DNA of 32,000 nucleotides, taken from Halomicronema hongdechloris C2206. GTDB taxonomy: Bacteria > Cyanobacteriota > Cyanobacteriia > Phormidesmidales > Phormidesmidaceae. Under the pieces are notes generated by a model that saw only the letters and a program-made list of their open reading frames with translations, was not told the origin of the DNA and searched no databases. Where the stretch lies: NCBI RefSeq assembly GCF_002075285.3, contig NZ_CP021983.2, positions 4,860,001 through 4,892,000 on the forward strand. The letters run 5' to 3'. Every line of letters begins with the position of its first letter. Positions within the stretch are counted from its first letter, which is position 1. Below, piece after piece: positions 9,746-21,500 of the stretch. The translations under genes were made by a program, and so were the position numbers.

Positions 9746-10215
9746 CAGGTAGATAAACTGGCTAAATCTGCGAGGACGTCACTGGCATGGGTATCTGGCT
9801 TCACCTGGCGATAAATCTTCTCGATGCGGCCGTCGGGGCCGATAATAAAGGTGCTACGGCTAATGCCCATGTATTCTTTGCCCATGAACTTTTTCAAGCC
9901 ATAGCTGCCGTAGGCGCTGGCCACCTGCCCGCCGTCGTCCACTAACAGGGGAAAGGGCAGATTGAACTTGGTGGCAAATTTGCCATGGGACTTGGCGTCG
10001 TCAGTGCTGACACCGAGAACCACGACCTCTTGCCCTTGGTAGTCGGGGTAGGCATCTCGAAAGCCGCAGGCCTCTTTGGTGCAGCCCGGGGTATTGTCGC
10101 GGGGGTAAAAATATAAAACGACCCGCTTGCCCCTCAGGTCCGATAGACTGACGGTATTCCCCTCTGCATCCGGCAGACTGAAGTTGGGAGCTGGGTCGCC
10201 CACATTAATTGTCAT
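9745..10215 (-). CDS. bcp: Thiol peroxidase, PrxQ/BCP-type peroxiredoxin
   Basis: FYPRDNTPGCTKEACGF active site with the second Cys 5 residues downstream. Overlaps the NUDIX gene by 1 nt. Confidence 0.92.
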   Translation of the reverse strand: MTINVGDPAPNFSLPDAEGNTVSLSDLRGKRVVLYFYPRDNTPGCTKEACGFRDAYPDYQGQEVVVLGVSTDDAKSHGKFATKFNLPFPLLVDDGGQVASAYGSYGLKKFMGKEYMGISRSTFIIGPDGRIEKIYRQVKPDTHASDVLADLASLST

Positions 10216-10323
10216 AGTTGAGATATCCGAGTACGAGATTGAGTAGCGGAATCGGCAGATGCCTCAAATTGTATCGTCCCAATCTGGGCAATTTGACAGC
10301 TGGATGATCGATCTGACAGCTAG

Positions 10324-11532
<1,209 letters not shown>

Positions 11533-11574
11533 TACGCCTACCACCCATCACGGTCGCCAACCTGGTGCTGCCAG

Positions 11575-12401
11575 CTACCGGGTTTCCCTGGAGCGACCAA
11601 TGCCTGCGACCCGGGGGTAAAACAATGACAGCCATTGGTGTTGGCTGGCCACTAGGGTGGGATAGGGACGCTGACTATAATCCTGCCCGACCTGCAGCGG
11701 GAAGGGAGACTGATCGTCTAAGGGCCGCCAGTGGCCGCCAGCGGCCTGGATGATGGCCCAGACGGCGGCGATGTCCCAGATCTTGGGGTGGCTTCTACGG
11801 CCCCAAGGCAGTACCCAGCGGCAACGGTGAGCAGGTTATAGGAGGCGACGCCCAGCATGCGAATCTTGCAGGGGAAGTCTGGTTGACTCATGATGGCGGT
11901 GCTGCGGGCACAGAGGCTGAAGAAATGATTCTGGGAGGGGGCATCGCAGCTGGTGTGAATGGGGGAGTGGTTGAGGTAGGCACCGCTGGGACCGCTGAGG
12001 CCAGAGTCCCCCTGCCAGTAGCCGTGAAAGGCATGGCCCAACGGAGGTACATAGACATAGCCAAACACCGGTGTCCCTCGATAGAGCAGGCCCAAGGAGA
12101 TGGCCCACAGGGGAATCCCCCGGGTGAAGTTGGTGGTGCCGTCGATGGGATCGATGATCCAGCACCAGTCTGCCTCCGGGAAGATATGGGCCACTTCTTC
12201 GCTGAGGACGCCGTGGTTGGGAAAGGCGGTTGCGATCGCATCTCTGAGGGTGGCATCGGCCCACCGATCCCACTGGGTGACTAGGCTGCCATCGGCCTTC
12301 TCTGCCGCCTGGGCCTGGCCAAACTCTTGTAGGAGTCGGGCGCCCACCTGCTCCGTGGTGGCCTGGGAAAACTCGAGCACCTCTTGCCAAAAGCTATCCA
12401 T
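11575..12401 (-). pseudogene. Inositol monophosphatase-family protein, interrupted by a 1-nt frame change (or assembly error)
   Basis: WIIDPIDGTTNF motif in the 227-aa ORF. The family's C-terminal motif KIWDIAAVWAIIQAAGGHW appears only in the -1 frame after the G-run 11785-11788 (C4 on the coding strand) and runs to a stop at 11575-11577. Confidence 0.8.
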
Positions 12402-13861
12402 TAGTCCATATCACTCTCTAGGGCAGCGGTAATCGCTTGCTTAGCATTGGCCTGAAACTCCTGAATATCGACTCGTTTGAGCAACCAGACGGCCACCACC
12501 ATACCCACTGCCTGCATAAAAAAGACCAAGCCATAGGCTAGCCAAGTGGGAGAAGCACCCCCAGTGCCACTGGGGGCGAGGGCCAGGAGACCCCGGCCCA
12601 GATCGAGGACTCCTCCACCTAGCACCGTGGCGCTGCCCCGGGCGATGGCCTGGGCCAATCCCCAGGCCCCGACAAAGGTACCAGCGGTTTCCGCTACCGT
12701 CAGGTCCAGCATCAGCACGATGGCTCCCAGGGTGAGGATACCAGAGGCAAAGCCAAAGCAACATACCGCCGTCAGCAGTAGCACTGGCTCCGCCGTGGTG
12801 CCACTAAGGCCAATCAGCAGCAGACACAGGGCAGCCCCTAGGCAACCATAGGTGACGGTGCGTTTTTTGCCCAAGCGGGGCACGATCCAAAACCCAGTCA
12901 GGATGATGCCCACCAAGGTACCTAGGCCAAAGGCTGCATTCAGCTGAGCCGTCTCTGAGATGGGCATGTTGAAGACCTCGCCCCCGTAGGGCTCCAAAAT
13001 GGCATCTTGCATGAACAGGCTAAGACTGAGCACGAGTAGAAAGGTGAAGAACAGACCAGTCTGACGACTGGCTGTCAGGACGCGAAATGCCTGCCGTAGG
13101 GTGACTTTATCCTCACGATCGGCTGTTAGCGAGCGCCGTCGCCGCCGGGAGTAGTTTTTTTCGATGCCAGCGGTACTGAGGATGGCTAACCCACAGACGA
13201 CCGCCGGAGCGATGATGAACAGGCGATTCACCGATCCCTGTAACTCCGCCAGGGAAGTATCCAAATCTATGGCTTGTAAGACCACCGTGGTAATTGCCAC
13301 CCCGGTGATAATGCCTACCATCAACATGGCCCAACCGATGCCTACCAAGCGGGAGCGAGTCTGCTCATCGGAGACATCTACCAACAGGGCCGTGAAGGGA
13401 GTGGAGGTGGCACTCAGGGCCAGGCCATAGATGGCAAACATCACCCCCAATAGACCCACCCAGGGATAGATCTGGGGTCCCCAGCCTTGGGTAGCTATGC
13501 CATCGCCCAGCAGCCAAACCACCTGCAGAGCTAAGAAGGAGGTGATGGCTACGGCCATAATGCCCAGCCAGATGTAGCTGCTGCGGTGGTAGCCCAGCAG
13601 GGGCCGGGAGTCGGAGAGTTGGCCAAACCAGATGCGGGCCGGGGCCATGAACTGATGCACGGCGATGGTGCCAGCGGCAATGAGGGCCGGAACTTGCAGC
13701 TCGTCGATCATGATTCGGTTCAGGACCCCCAGGGTGAGCAGGGACATGATTCCCAACCCCATGTTGAAGACTCCCAACCGCAACATAGTCAGTAATCCCA
13801 ACCCAGGAGGGGCATCCTGCTGATCGACGGCGGACTTATCAGCGCGATCGCGAGTATCCAT
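12401..13861 (-). CDS. MFS transporter, PucC/LhaA (BCD) family-like
   Basis: 486 aa, about 12 hydrophobic segments. N-terminal LRLGVFNMGLGIMSLLTLGVLNRIMIDELQVPA resembles PucC-family proteins. Its stop overlaps the IMPase ATG (TAATG), implying an operon. Confidence 0.75.
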   Translation of the reverse strand: MDTRDRADKSAVDQQDAPPGLGLLTMLRLGVFNMGLGIMSLLTLGVLNRIMIDELQVPALIAAGTIAVHQFMAPARIWFGQLSDSRPLLGYHRSSYIWLGIMAVAITSFLALQVVWLLGDGIATQGWGPQIYPWVGLLGVMFAIYGLALSATSTPFTALLVDVSDEQTRSRLVGIGWAMLMVGIITGVAITTVVLQAIDLDTSLAELQGSVNRLFIIAPAVVCGLAILSTAGIEKNYSRRRRRSLTADREDKVTLRQAFRVLTASRQTGLFFTFLLVLSLSLFMQDAILEPYGGEVFNMPISETAQLNAAFGLGTLVGIILTGFWIVPRLGKKRTVTYGCLGAALCLLLIGLSGTTAEPVLLLTAVCCFGFASGILTLGAIVLMLDLTVAETAGTFVGAWGLAQAIARGSATVLGGGVLDLGRGLLALAPSGTGGASPTWLAYGLVFFMQAVGMVVAVWLLKRVDIQEFQANAKQAITAALESDMD

Positions 13862-14085
13862 GGTTCACTAATGACCCGTAGCTTTAAAATTCTAGCGAAA
13901 GACTATGACTGAGTTAGGGCAAGGGCAGCAGCAAGCCCGATCTAGGCCTGAATGCTAGCGGATGGCCTTATGCCCTGCCTCTATCATCCTAGGTTGAACT
14001 GGAGCGCTATATAGGGAGAGATGCCTGGAGCCATTGCCCAGGACGCCGGGCTGTTGGCAGAGGCTAGCGGTGGAATGGGGGGGAG

Positions 14086-15297
14086 CTAATGGGCCAGCAA
14101 CCAGCCTACCAGGGTGCCCAGGAGCAAGCCTACACCCGCATCAAGACTCAGTAGTCGAGCCATGTGCGATCGCACCCAGGATGCCTCCTGCAGCTGCAAC
14201 TGAGCCATGGAGCCCACGCCAATGCAAAGACTTCCCAGCAGGATCAATAAAGCCAATGGCAAGGTAGGAGACAGAATGATGCCGCCGCCACTGTAGGCAT
14301 CTCGACCGTAAAAGGCCAGGGAGGCAATGGCCACTAACACGGCGCCAATGCCCCCTACCCAAATCGCATCTCGCAGCGCCCGCGACCAGGGCCAACCCAG
14401 CATCTTCAGCCCACCGAATAATCCCAGGCTGGCCAGTCCAGCCACGGCAATGGCCACCACTGACAAGCCCGTCGTCACCAGGGCTGCCAACGCCGCTGCC
14501 ACCGGCATGAACCATAGATAAGGTTCCCCCACTAACCATAGGAAGGCCGTGATCCACACCAGTGGCCAGCCTATCCAAGCCGCTTGGTGCAGATACAGAA
14601 ATAATCCCAGCCCCCCATAGCCCAACCCAAAGAGGATGAGATTGGGCCATGGCAGACTCCGAGAGCGTTTTCGGAGTATTGAGCGTCGGGTCGGAGGAGG
14701 CTGCTGCCACTGAGTGCCTTGGGCTGGAGCTAGAAGTGGGTCTCCAGCCGCCTTTGATGTCCCAGATTGACTGGTATCACTATGCTGGCTATGGGAGGCA
14801 GCATCAGAAACTGCTGCGACGGGTTCCGCTGAGGCCGGAGCTGGCTCAGCGGCCTCCGATTCAGCGATCGCGGGCAACTCGAAGCGAGTGCCATCGGGGA
14901 GAATGGCCCCAACGTAGGCCTGTGGCTCTAGCGCCTCCAAATCAATCAGGGCACCGGTCAGGTTGGCCTGGCGCAGCACTGCGTCTGTGAGATTGGCTCG
15001 AGTGAGGTTGGTGCGGGTGAGATTGGTGCGGGTGAGATTAGCCCCGGTCAGATTGGCTCTCGAGAGGTTGGCTTCGGTCAGGTTGGCCCGACTCAAATTC
15101 ACCTCCCTCAAGTCAACGCCGGTCAGATTGGCCTGACGCAAATCCGCCCAGACGAAGGATCGCTTACCGTTGGCATACTGTCTGAGAAACTGTCTGACCT
15201 CCATTACCCGAGTCTCCCATGGCCCTAGGCAGCATTCTGGCATATCCCCTGACTGTTTTCTCAAGGCTGTGGCCCCTTGGCGTCTCGCCGGTTTCAC
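14086..15297 (-). CDS. Pentapeptide-repeat protein with a C-terminal multi-pass membrane domain
   Basis: ANLTGVDLREVNLSRANLTEANLSRANLTGANLTRTNLTRTNLTRANLTDAVLRQANLTGA, then an A/S/P-rich linker and about 5 hydrophobic helices. The likely true start is the ATG at 15204 (MEVRQFLRQY). Confidence 0.85.
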   Translation of the reverse strand: MKPARRQGATALRKQSGDMPECCLGPWETRVMEVRQFLRQYANGKRSFVWADLRQANLTGVDLREVNLSRANLTEANLSRANLTGANLTRTNLTRTNLTRANLTDAVLRQANLTGALIDLEALEPQAYVGAILPDGTRFELPAIAESEAAEPAPASAEPVAAVSDAASHSQHSDTSQSGTSKAAGDPLLAPAQGTQWQQPPPTRRSILRKRSRSLPWPNLILFGLGYGGLGLFLYLHQAAWIGWPLVWITAFLWLVGEPYLWFMPVAAALAALVTTGLSVVAIAVAGLASLGLFGGLKMLGWPWSRALRDAIWVGGIGAVLVAIASLAFYGRDAYSGGGIILSPTLPLALLILLGSLCIGVGSMAQLQLQEASWVRSHMARLLSLDAGVGLLLGTLVGWLLAH

Positions 15298-16055
15298 CCA
15301 GACACATCATCAATGCCATACAACAATAACTGAGGCTGAACGGGTTGCTCATAATCAATCACGAGATCAAATCGAGCCCGGTCATAGACATCGTTGAACA
15401 CTTTCTGCAAATTCACCGTGGGAATGAGCTCTTGAGGTTGCAATGGAACCGGGAAAGTCGGCATTGCCGTCCTGAGGTCAAATTCGTAAAGTTCGGCATC
15501 GGGTCTCTCAATACTCGCACTCACCAAGATGCTGTAGGGCTTCTGAGCCGGATCCATGAGGGTCATCGCCGTCCCCCCTCGGAGTAAATCAATCTCGACC
15601 AAATTCGTGGCTGAGCCTAATATTTTCCGGCGCTTGGTTTCATACGCTTCGCGCCCCTCTCCGGATCGCTTATTGCTCGGCGACAACACTTCGATGACAC
15701 AGGCAACTTCATTCGTTTGCACCAGGCGAACTTCTAAAAATCGCTCCGTGACTTCGACCGGTAATGGGACCTTGACCCGTCGAGGCACAGCCACTTGAGT
15801 GGTCGCCCGCTGCACCACGGGCTCAGCTTCTCGTCGATGCGTCACCGACACATCCGCGATCCCCATGAAGGGCATCACCTCGGTCGTGGTATAAATCCGT
15901 TCTTCAATGGAAACCCGATATTTCGGCGCCACTTGAGGCGTGATTTCATCGGCGATCGCCACCATCAATCGATTGTGAACCTGGGGCCATAATCCCGGTT
16001 GCTCTAAATACGGGTTCATCCCTGGAAAAGGGTTATACATCTGCTTCCCCCCCAC
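15294..16055 (-). CDS. DUF4058-family protein (Uma2/PD-(D/E)xK-like, common in cyanobacteria)
   Basis: MYNPFPGMNPYLEQPGLWPQVHNRLMVAIADEI is the characteristic DUF4058 N-terminus as I recall it. The likely start is the ATG at 16040. Confidence 0.75.
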   Translation of the reverse strand: MGGKQMYNPFPGMNPYLEQPGLWPQVHNRLMVAIADEITPQVAPKYRVSIEERIYTTTEVMPFMGIADVSVTHRREAEPVVQRATTQVAVPRRVKVPLPVEVTERFLEVRLVQTNEVACVIEVLSPSNKRSGEGREAYETKRRKILGSATNLVEIDLLRGGTAMTLMDPAQKPYSILVSASIERPDAELYEFDLRTAMPTFPVPLQPQELIPTVNLQKVFNDVYDRARFDLVIDYEQPVQPQLLLYGIDDVSG

Positions 16056-16590
16056 ATCCGATCACCGAATCGGCTTGCCTCTCCAGTCTAACTGGACGGC
16101 TTGCCCGCGAGACCGAGCTCTCCAGCGGTCGCGATATCGAACGGGTAGCAATCGCGATGTCCACTCTGAAAGACAGTGATCGATCGCGGGGGTGAGGGCA
16201 AGCATACGGGGTAAGTAGCTAGGCGGTCTGGCAATGGGGCTGTTCGCCTCGATGGCTGATGACCCAAGAGCTCACATCTTTGGCAATTGTTGAGAAAGAT
16301 TAATCGAAGAGTTAGCACCTTTTGTCGCTAGTTCGGATACCAGTCATTGGATCACGCCTCAAAGAAGTGGTTGTGTTGTCTTTAGGCATGACAATGGCCA
16401 TCTCGCCAAAGCTCCGGCAAGGGTGTTGTCGGAGGCACAACGGTGGTCTTTGGATGAGCGGTGTGTCGAATTGCATCGTTCTTGGGGGAGCCCGGTGGAT
16501 TACCCAGAAACGTGCATCGATCGCAGTAAGGGTTGCCGCTAATGCCTTCACCTGCATGTAGCGGAGAGAATCACGCGGTTGAGGAGCAGA

Positions 16591-17157
16591 TCAGACTGAA
16601 CTGGTTTGAGCCGAGTGAAGTCGCTCTAATTGACTGACACCGGCATAGATTTCTTGAGCCGCAATCTCTGCCAGTTGCTGCCAATCGTCTGTCGTGAAGA
16701 CCTGACGGAACCAGCCAATAGTTTGAGAACGAACCGGGGCTTGCTCAGGGGGTAATTTCTGCTCGATTTCGGTCAAGAGTGCCTTCAGCCAAGCCGCTTG
16801 CTCTTCGGTCGCGCTTTGCAGATGATGGCGCACGATCTGACGGGCCTGAGTGTATGTTTTCTCAAAGCTCAATCCAAGCTGCCAGGTGGACATCCACTGA
16901 TGCAGCTCAGCAAACAGAACCGATTGCAACCGCACCTGCTGGAGCTGGTCCGGAGTTACCGTCTGGGCACTCATGGCATACTCTCGCAAGAGTAGACCCG
17001 CTTCCACATACCCCCCGCACTCTTTTTCGATTTGGGCGGTCTCTTCGAGCCAGGCCGGATCTTGGCAAAGGTCCATGATATTGCCGGTCTCAGCCAACTG
17101 TTTTGCTAATCGGTCTTCATCCATTAGGCCATTACTCCTGAAAGGAGAACTACTCAT
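16591..17157 (-). CDS. Hypothetical helical protein, translationally coupled to the upstream GNAT gene
   Basis: 188-aa ORF. Its ATG overlaps the GNAT stop (TGATG at 17155-17159). No recognisable motif. Confidence 0.6.
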   Translation of the reverse strand: MSSSPFRSNGLMDEDRLAKQLAETGNIMDLCQDPAWLEETAQIEKECGGYVEAGLLLREYAMSAQTVTPDQLQQVRLQSVLFAELHQWMSTWQLGLSFEKTYTQARQIVRHHLQSATEEQAAWLKALLTEIEQKLPPEQAPVRSQTIGWFRQVFTTDDWQQLAEIAAQEIYAGVSQLERLHSAQTSSV

Positions 17158-17708
17158 CAGGCGATCGCTCCGTACTCGAAGTATACTAAGCCCTCTTTTT
17201 CGGGGTCAGCGTCGTAGTCCGGCATCTGTAGACGACGATAAAAGCCTTCCGCTCCTGGCAATGAATGCAAGCCCACGCGGCCACCGTACCCCAGGGCGAG
17301 GCTCCGGCGACGGGCAAACATCAACAACAGCCGCCCCACACCGTGATAAAACGGGGGACGCTCTAAGGCAAAGCGATTCCAGGGTGCCGAGGATAAGGCT
17401 TCCACGTACACGAGAGGAAATCGCTCTGGTAGATGCGAGCGATGCCATTGAGTTTCAATAAACATCAGCCCTTGAGTCAAAAAATCAGCTTCTAAGGCAT
17501 ACGCTTCGTAACGGGCCTCGCGCTGGGATTGACGCAGCTTATAGTCCCACATCCAGGCAGCATCCGGCTGGTCGGTCGCCACTAGCATCGTCTGCCAGAG
17601 AGTTTGAAAGTCATTCCAATGGCGCTCTTGCATTTCACAGATACGGCCTTCGACGGGCTGACCGTCTCCACGCAGCAAGGAAATAGTTTCTTCCAAAGAT
17701 CTCGACAC
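17157..17708 (-). CDS. GNAT-family N-acetyltransferase-like protein
   Basis: C-terminal YHGVGRLLLMFARRRSLALGYGGRVGLHSLPGAEGFYRRLQM fits the acetyl-CoA binding motif A and following helix. GTG start; the ATG at MQERHW is an alternative. Confidence 0.6.
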   Translation of the reverse strand: MSRSLEETISLLRGDGQPVEGRICEMQERHWNDFQTLWQTMLVATDQPDAAWMWDYKLRQSQREARYEAYALEADFLTQGLMFIETQWHRSHLPERFPLVYVEALSSAPWNRFALERPPFYHGVGRLLLMFARRRSLALGYGGRVGLHSLPGAEGFYRRLQMPDYDADPEKEGLVYFEYGAIA

Positions 17709-17738
17709 CAGTCATCTTCGCCATTGAGCATAGGTGTC

Positions 17739-18498
17739 CTATTCAAGGTTGGGATCAAGAAACAGATTTGAGGGCAGGCGATCGCGGATGCGATTCAACC
17801 CGGTACTTACCCGAAAAGCTTCGTTGAGTAGCCTGAAAAGACAGTCACCTCTATTTGTCGCGAGGGGAGGCTGAAAGCTCTTTCTATCCGGTTCAAGAGG
17901 ATCAGGGTAATCGCTGTGGGCAATGGTTTTGGTATGCCAAGCGCACTGGTAGGTGATCAGCGATCGCTCCCCTTCCTAACGCCCCTCCTAAGGTACCTCT
18001 TGCAAAATCTCTTGATAAATCACCAACTCTTGCATGATTTCTTTCCGCAGAATTTGCTGAATTGTCCTCATTCCCCAATACTAACCCCGCTAGAATTGCC
18101 GCCGCTGCTGCTACATTACTTTGCAGATGTCGCTCTGGCAGGGCTTCCAGCTGAGTCGCCACCTGTCACAGCGCCTGCGATCGGTCGCTCACTTGACTCA
18201 GCACAGCAAAGGGCAACAATCCTGGTAGCTCTTAAGAACACCTCCAATGGCTGCTCCCACAGCCGAAGCACCTCAAAGGTGTGACGATTCTCCGCATTGG
18301 GAAACCCTGGAACATCAGGCCATGCAACCCACAGCCGAAGCACCTCAAAGGTGTGACGATTCTCCGGCAAGATGAATGAGGTTTGCTAACCCACTCAGAT
18401 CTTATCTGCAGCAGATAGAGCATGACTTGCCGCATTGATTTATGGGAAAAGCGACAATAGACCTGCGGTTGATTTATCGTTTCTTGATTCAGAGACAA
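17739..18498 (-). pseudogene. Decayed, 5'-truncated Rpn-family / DUF4351-like (PD-(D/E)xK putative transposase) gene
   Basis: Pieces are spread over three frames: SMRQVMLYLLQI; ENRHTFEVLRLWEQPLEVFL; PGLLPFAVLSQVSDRSQAL(stop)QVATQLEALPERHLQSNVAAAAAILAGLVL; IQQILRKEIMQELVIYQEILQE; EGEREGERSLI-like stretch with in-frame TAG codons. Confidence 0.65.
18256..18366. repeat. Direct repeat 2 x 39 bp (period 72 bp) inside the Rpn-like relic
   Basis: cccacagccgaagcacctcaaaggtgtgacgattctccg at 18256-18294 and again at 18328-18366. It duplicates the peptide ENRHTFEVLRLW. Confidence 0.9.
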
Positions 18499-18500
18499 GG

Positions 18501-21500
18501 CTACAGTTTTTTTCGCCTGCGGCGCTGGTTTGATCGCGGCAAATACTGCGGATAGTCTTCATCTAAGATGCCTTGCAGCGGATTGCTGGCAACTCTTTCC
18601 TTGCGCTGACCGTAAACCCAGAGACCGCTGCAAAAACTGAAGAGACTAAGCCAGATGACAGCCGCCAGCCCCCAGTTGCCCCAGTTGAGAGAGTGCAGCA
18701 GGTTGCGTAGCCCCAGAAAGGAGAATATGGCCGTAATCGGAAACCAGCAGAAATAAGGAAAGGCGAAGAACGCAACCCCCTTTTTCCAGCCTGGAATTGA
18801 GCTATGTTGTTTGCCTTGCAGCGTATAAATCTCGCTGAGCAAAGCGGCTCCATAGCCTGATAGCGAGGCCCCAACCATAGCTACAACTGAAGCCACAACC
18901 CAAGCCATAGCCCAAGCCCCAATCCAAGCTATATTATCAGCAGCATCAGCCCAAAACCCTATAACCAAAACCGCAACCATAGCTATAGCCCAAGAAGCCC
19001 TATCCCACCAAGAGCCAGTATTGGCCCCAGTCATAGCTGTGAGCCCAGCCATGGCTACAACCTCAGCCATAGCCCACCAAGCATTAAACCCAGCCCCAGC
19101 CCCAGCAGCCACAGCTATAGTCAAAACCCCACCCACAACTGCGACCCCACATACAACCCCAAACATAGAATTCGAGGTCAGGGCCTTTTGAAATAGGGTC
19201 ATGCTTTTCCAAAATGAAGCATTTGTTCTCAGTGCTTGGATTGCATGGGTAAAGGTTCCAACCCCGAACGGCCCTAACTGCCTGAATATCAAAGGTTCTA
19301 GCCGTGCTTCCATTCCTTGCCATAGCGCTATCCAAAAAGCAAGCACCACCACAATGGACAGCGCCAGTAGACCATTCATGATACGCTCGGGCTGTTGCAC
19401 CATTTCTGAGAATACCTGGGCAACGGCTCCTGCAGAGGCAAAAAGGGCAATGCCTAAAATCAACCAATAGTGGACGCTTTGAGCAAATTGGTATGTCTGG
19501 GCAGGCTCAAAGATCCGTGCCCAATCTTGGTCATTTGGCAAACGGTAATTATCAGTGAGGCGATATAATAGCTCAGCCTGTAAGTTCCGCTTAACTCCAG
19601 ATAGGAGAATCAGCCATCGTTTAATCCTTTCATTATTAGATCCAGCATCATTCGATCTGGTATTCCCTATCAATTTATCTAGAATTTCCTGGCTCTCTGT
19701 TGATAGTTGAATGCCCCAAAATGAATTTCGAGACTCTCGAACTACTACCGCCATTTTTCCAAATGCTGTATTCTTGAATTTAGCTTGATCAAAGCCTCTA
19801 TCGACAAGGATTTTAAGCTCTTCTTTATTTGTAGGCGTTCTTCCTATACTCCCAGTGGGTCTCAAATGGATAGCACAGAGTGGAATGATAATACGAGGGT
19901 CTGCAACCTCTTTCCAGTCCTCTGAGTCCAGTAGCCTCGAGTGGATTTCTGCCAGTAATACTGAAAGTATTGCCGCAATCCGTCCTGCGATCACAGGCAT
20001 CGCAGATGAGCCCGACTCCTCAAAGGGAAGCCACACCCATGACAGCGATTGTGCTTGTTCAGGGGTTTGAATAGAGTCATCAGTTTTTATAGCAGCAGAC
20101 AAATCATAGGTCTTCAGGGCAGCCTCAATCCCGAAGCGTGGCAACAGGGTAGCTAGTCGCCAGGCTGCAGAGGTTTGCAGGGCTGGTTCTGGACGCCATA
20201 GCAAAGGTATCAATGCTTTAGCGGCTTCAGGAGTGGCAATTTTGTGCAGGGCAGCCACCGCCTCTAGATCATCGCTCTGGGCCAGCCTAGCCAGATCCGG
20301 TACAGCCACGTCACCCATGCGAATCAACGCCTCTGATATCGCTGGGGGATCTTGGCGATACTGGGTCGCCAGAACTTCAGCCGCCTGGGGCAAATTTGTC
20401 ATCGATAGAGAAACTGCCGCTGCCTTAAAGACATCTCCAGCTTCTGTCTCTAGCCGCTGGCTCAGTAGCGCGAACACTTTCTGACCTTGGCTTTGGGGGC
20501 GCGAATCTGCCGCCACCGTGCCAAAGGCGCGGGCCACTGTATCATCGGTTGTTGCCCGATATAAATCTTGCATCATGTGAGTCACGATTTGGTCGGCAAG
20601 ATCCTGCTCCACCGTCTGAGCATCCGCCAAACATTCAAAGGCTGTCAGGGCATCTTGCTCATACACCTGCTGAATTAGTTGGGTACTATTTTTAGCCATA
20701 CCGCACCACAGCTTCACCACCTCTCGCCACGCCGTCGGGTCTTGTTGAAACCGTGTTACCAGGGCGTCATCCTCGCTGATGAGCGCTTTCGCCGCGAAGA
20801 ACTCTTGCAGTGTTAGGTGTGCAAACCGATAGCACTCATCACCATCATCCATGACTACTTTCTGCAACAGCCCACTGCGGCTGACGATTTCTTCCAGGAT
20901 GGAGTCTGCATCGTCGGTCTTGGGACTGAGAACCGGTAATGTTTGGTTGATCAGGCTTAGCACCGTAGTGTAGGGAATGTTGCGGCGATCTGGGTTGTTG
21001 GGGTCGAGCGTGTCTTGGATAGCCAGGGCCAGCTTACGGAGCACCGACCACTTATCCCGCATCGGATACTGATTGGGAATGTTGTGCTCTTGGTCCCGCT
21101 GTTCCAACAAAAAGCCAGTGGCTCTCTGATAAAATTTCGTGCGGGAGTAGGGCAGGATGAACCTGGCCTCGGTGTAGAGGCCGGCGATGATGGTCAGCAG
21201 TAGTGGGTTTTGGGCCAGGATTTTGATCTTGGGTCGATTTTGTAGCTCCTGCATGAGCTGTTCAACTGACTTCTCAGGGGGCATCCTGGCATCCCATGCC
21301 TGCAAGAACTGGCGTATTTGCCGATCGCTAAACTCATCCACCTCCAGCCGGTTGCGATTCAGCACCAGATCAAACTCGTGGTTATACACAGCGGTGCGGC
21401 AGGTCACTACCGCCGGGCAGGTGTACTTTCTCAGTACTTCATTGATTACTCTCACCACTTGCGGGCGCACCTGACTGCTGACCTCATCCAGCCCGTCCAG

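Noticed and set aside
11836-12432. Four long overlapping ORFs (11836-12390 minus, 11883-12284 plus, 11888-12256 minus, 12100-12432 plus) over the IMPase-family gene
   Set aside because: They are alternative-frame or antisense ORFs of a GC-rich gene with R/P/G/A-rich, motif-less translations. Only the frame carrying WIIDPIDGTTNF is credible.
12441-13795. ORFs of 69-107 aa inside or antisense to the MFS transporter gene
   Set aside because: Shadow ORFs of a GC-rich membrane-protein gene, with low-complexity translations.
14034-14990. ORFs 14034-14267, 14141-14710, 14327-14521, 14649-14990 and 14730-14912 overlapping the pentapeptide-repeat gene
   Set aside because: Shadow ORFs. The pentapeptide/TM frame explains the whole interval.
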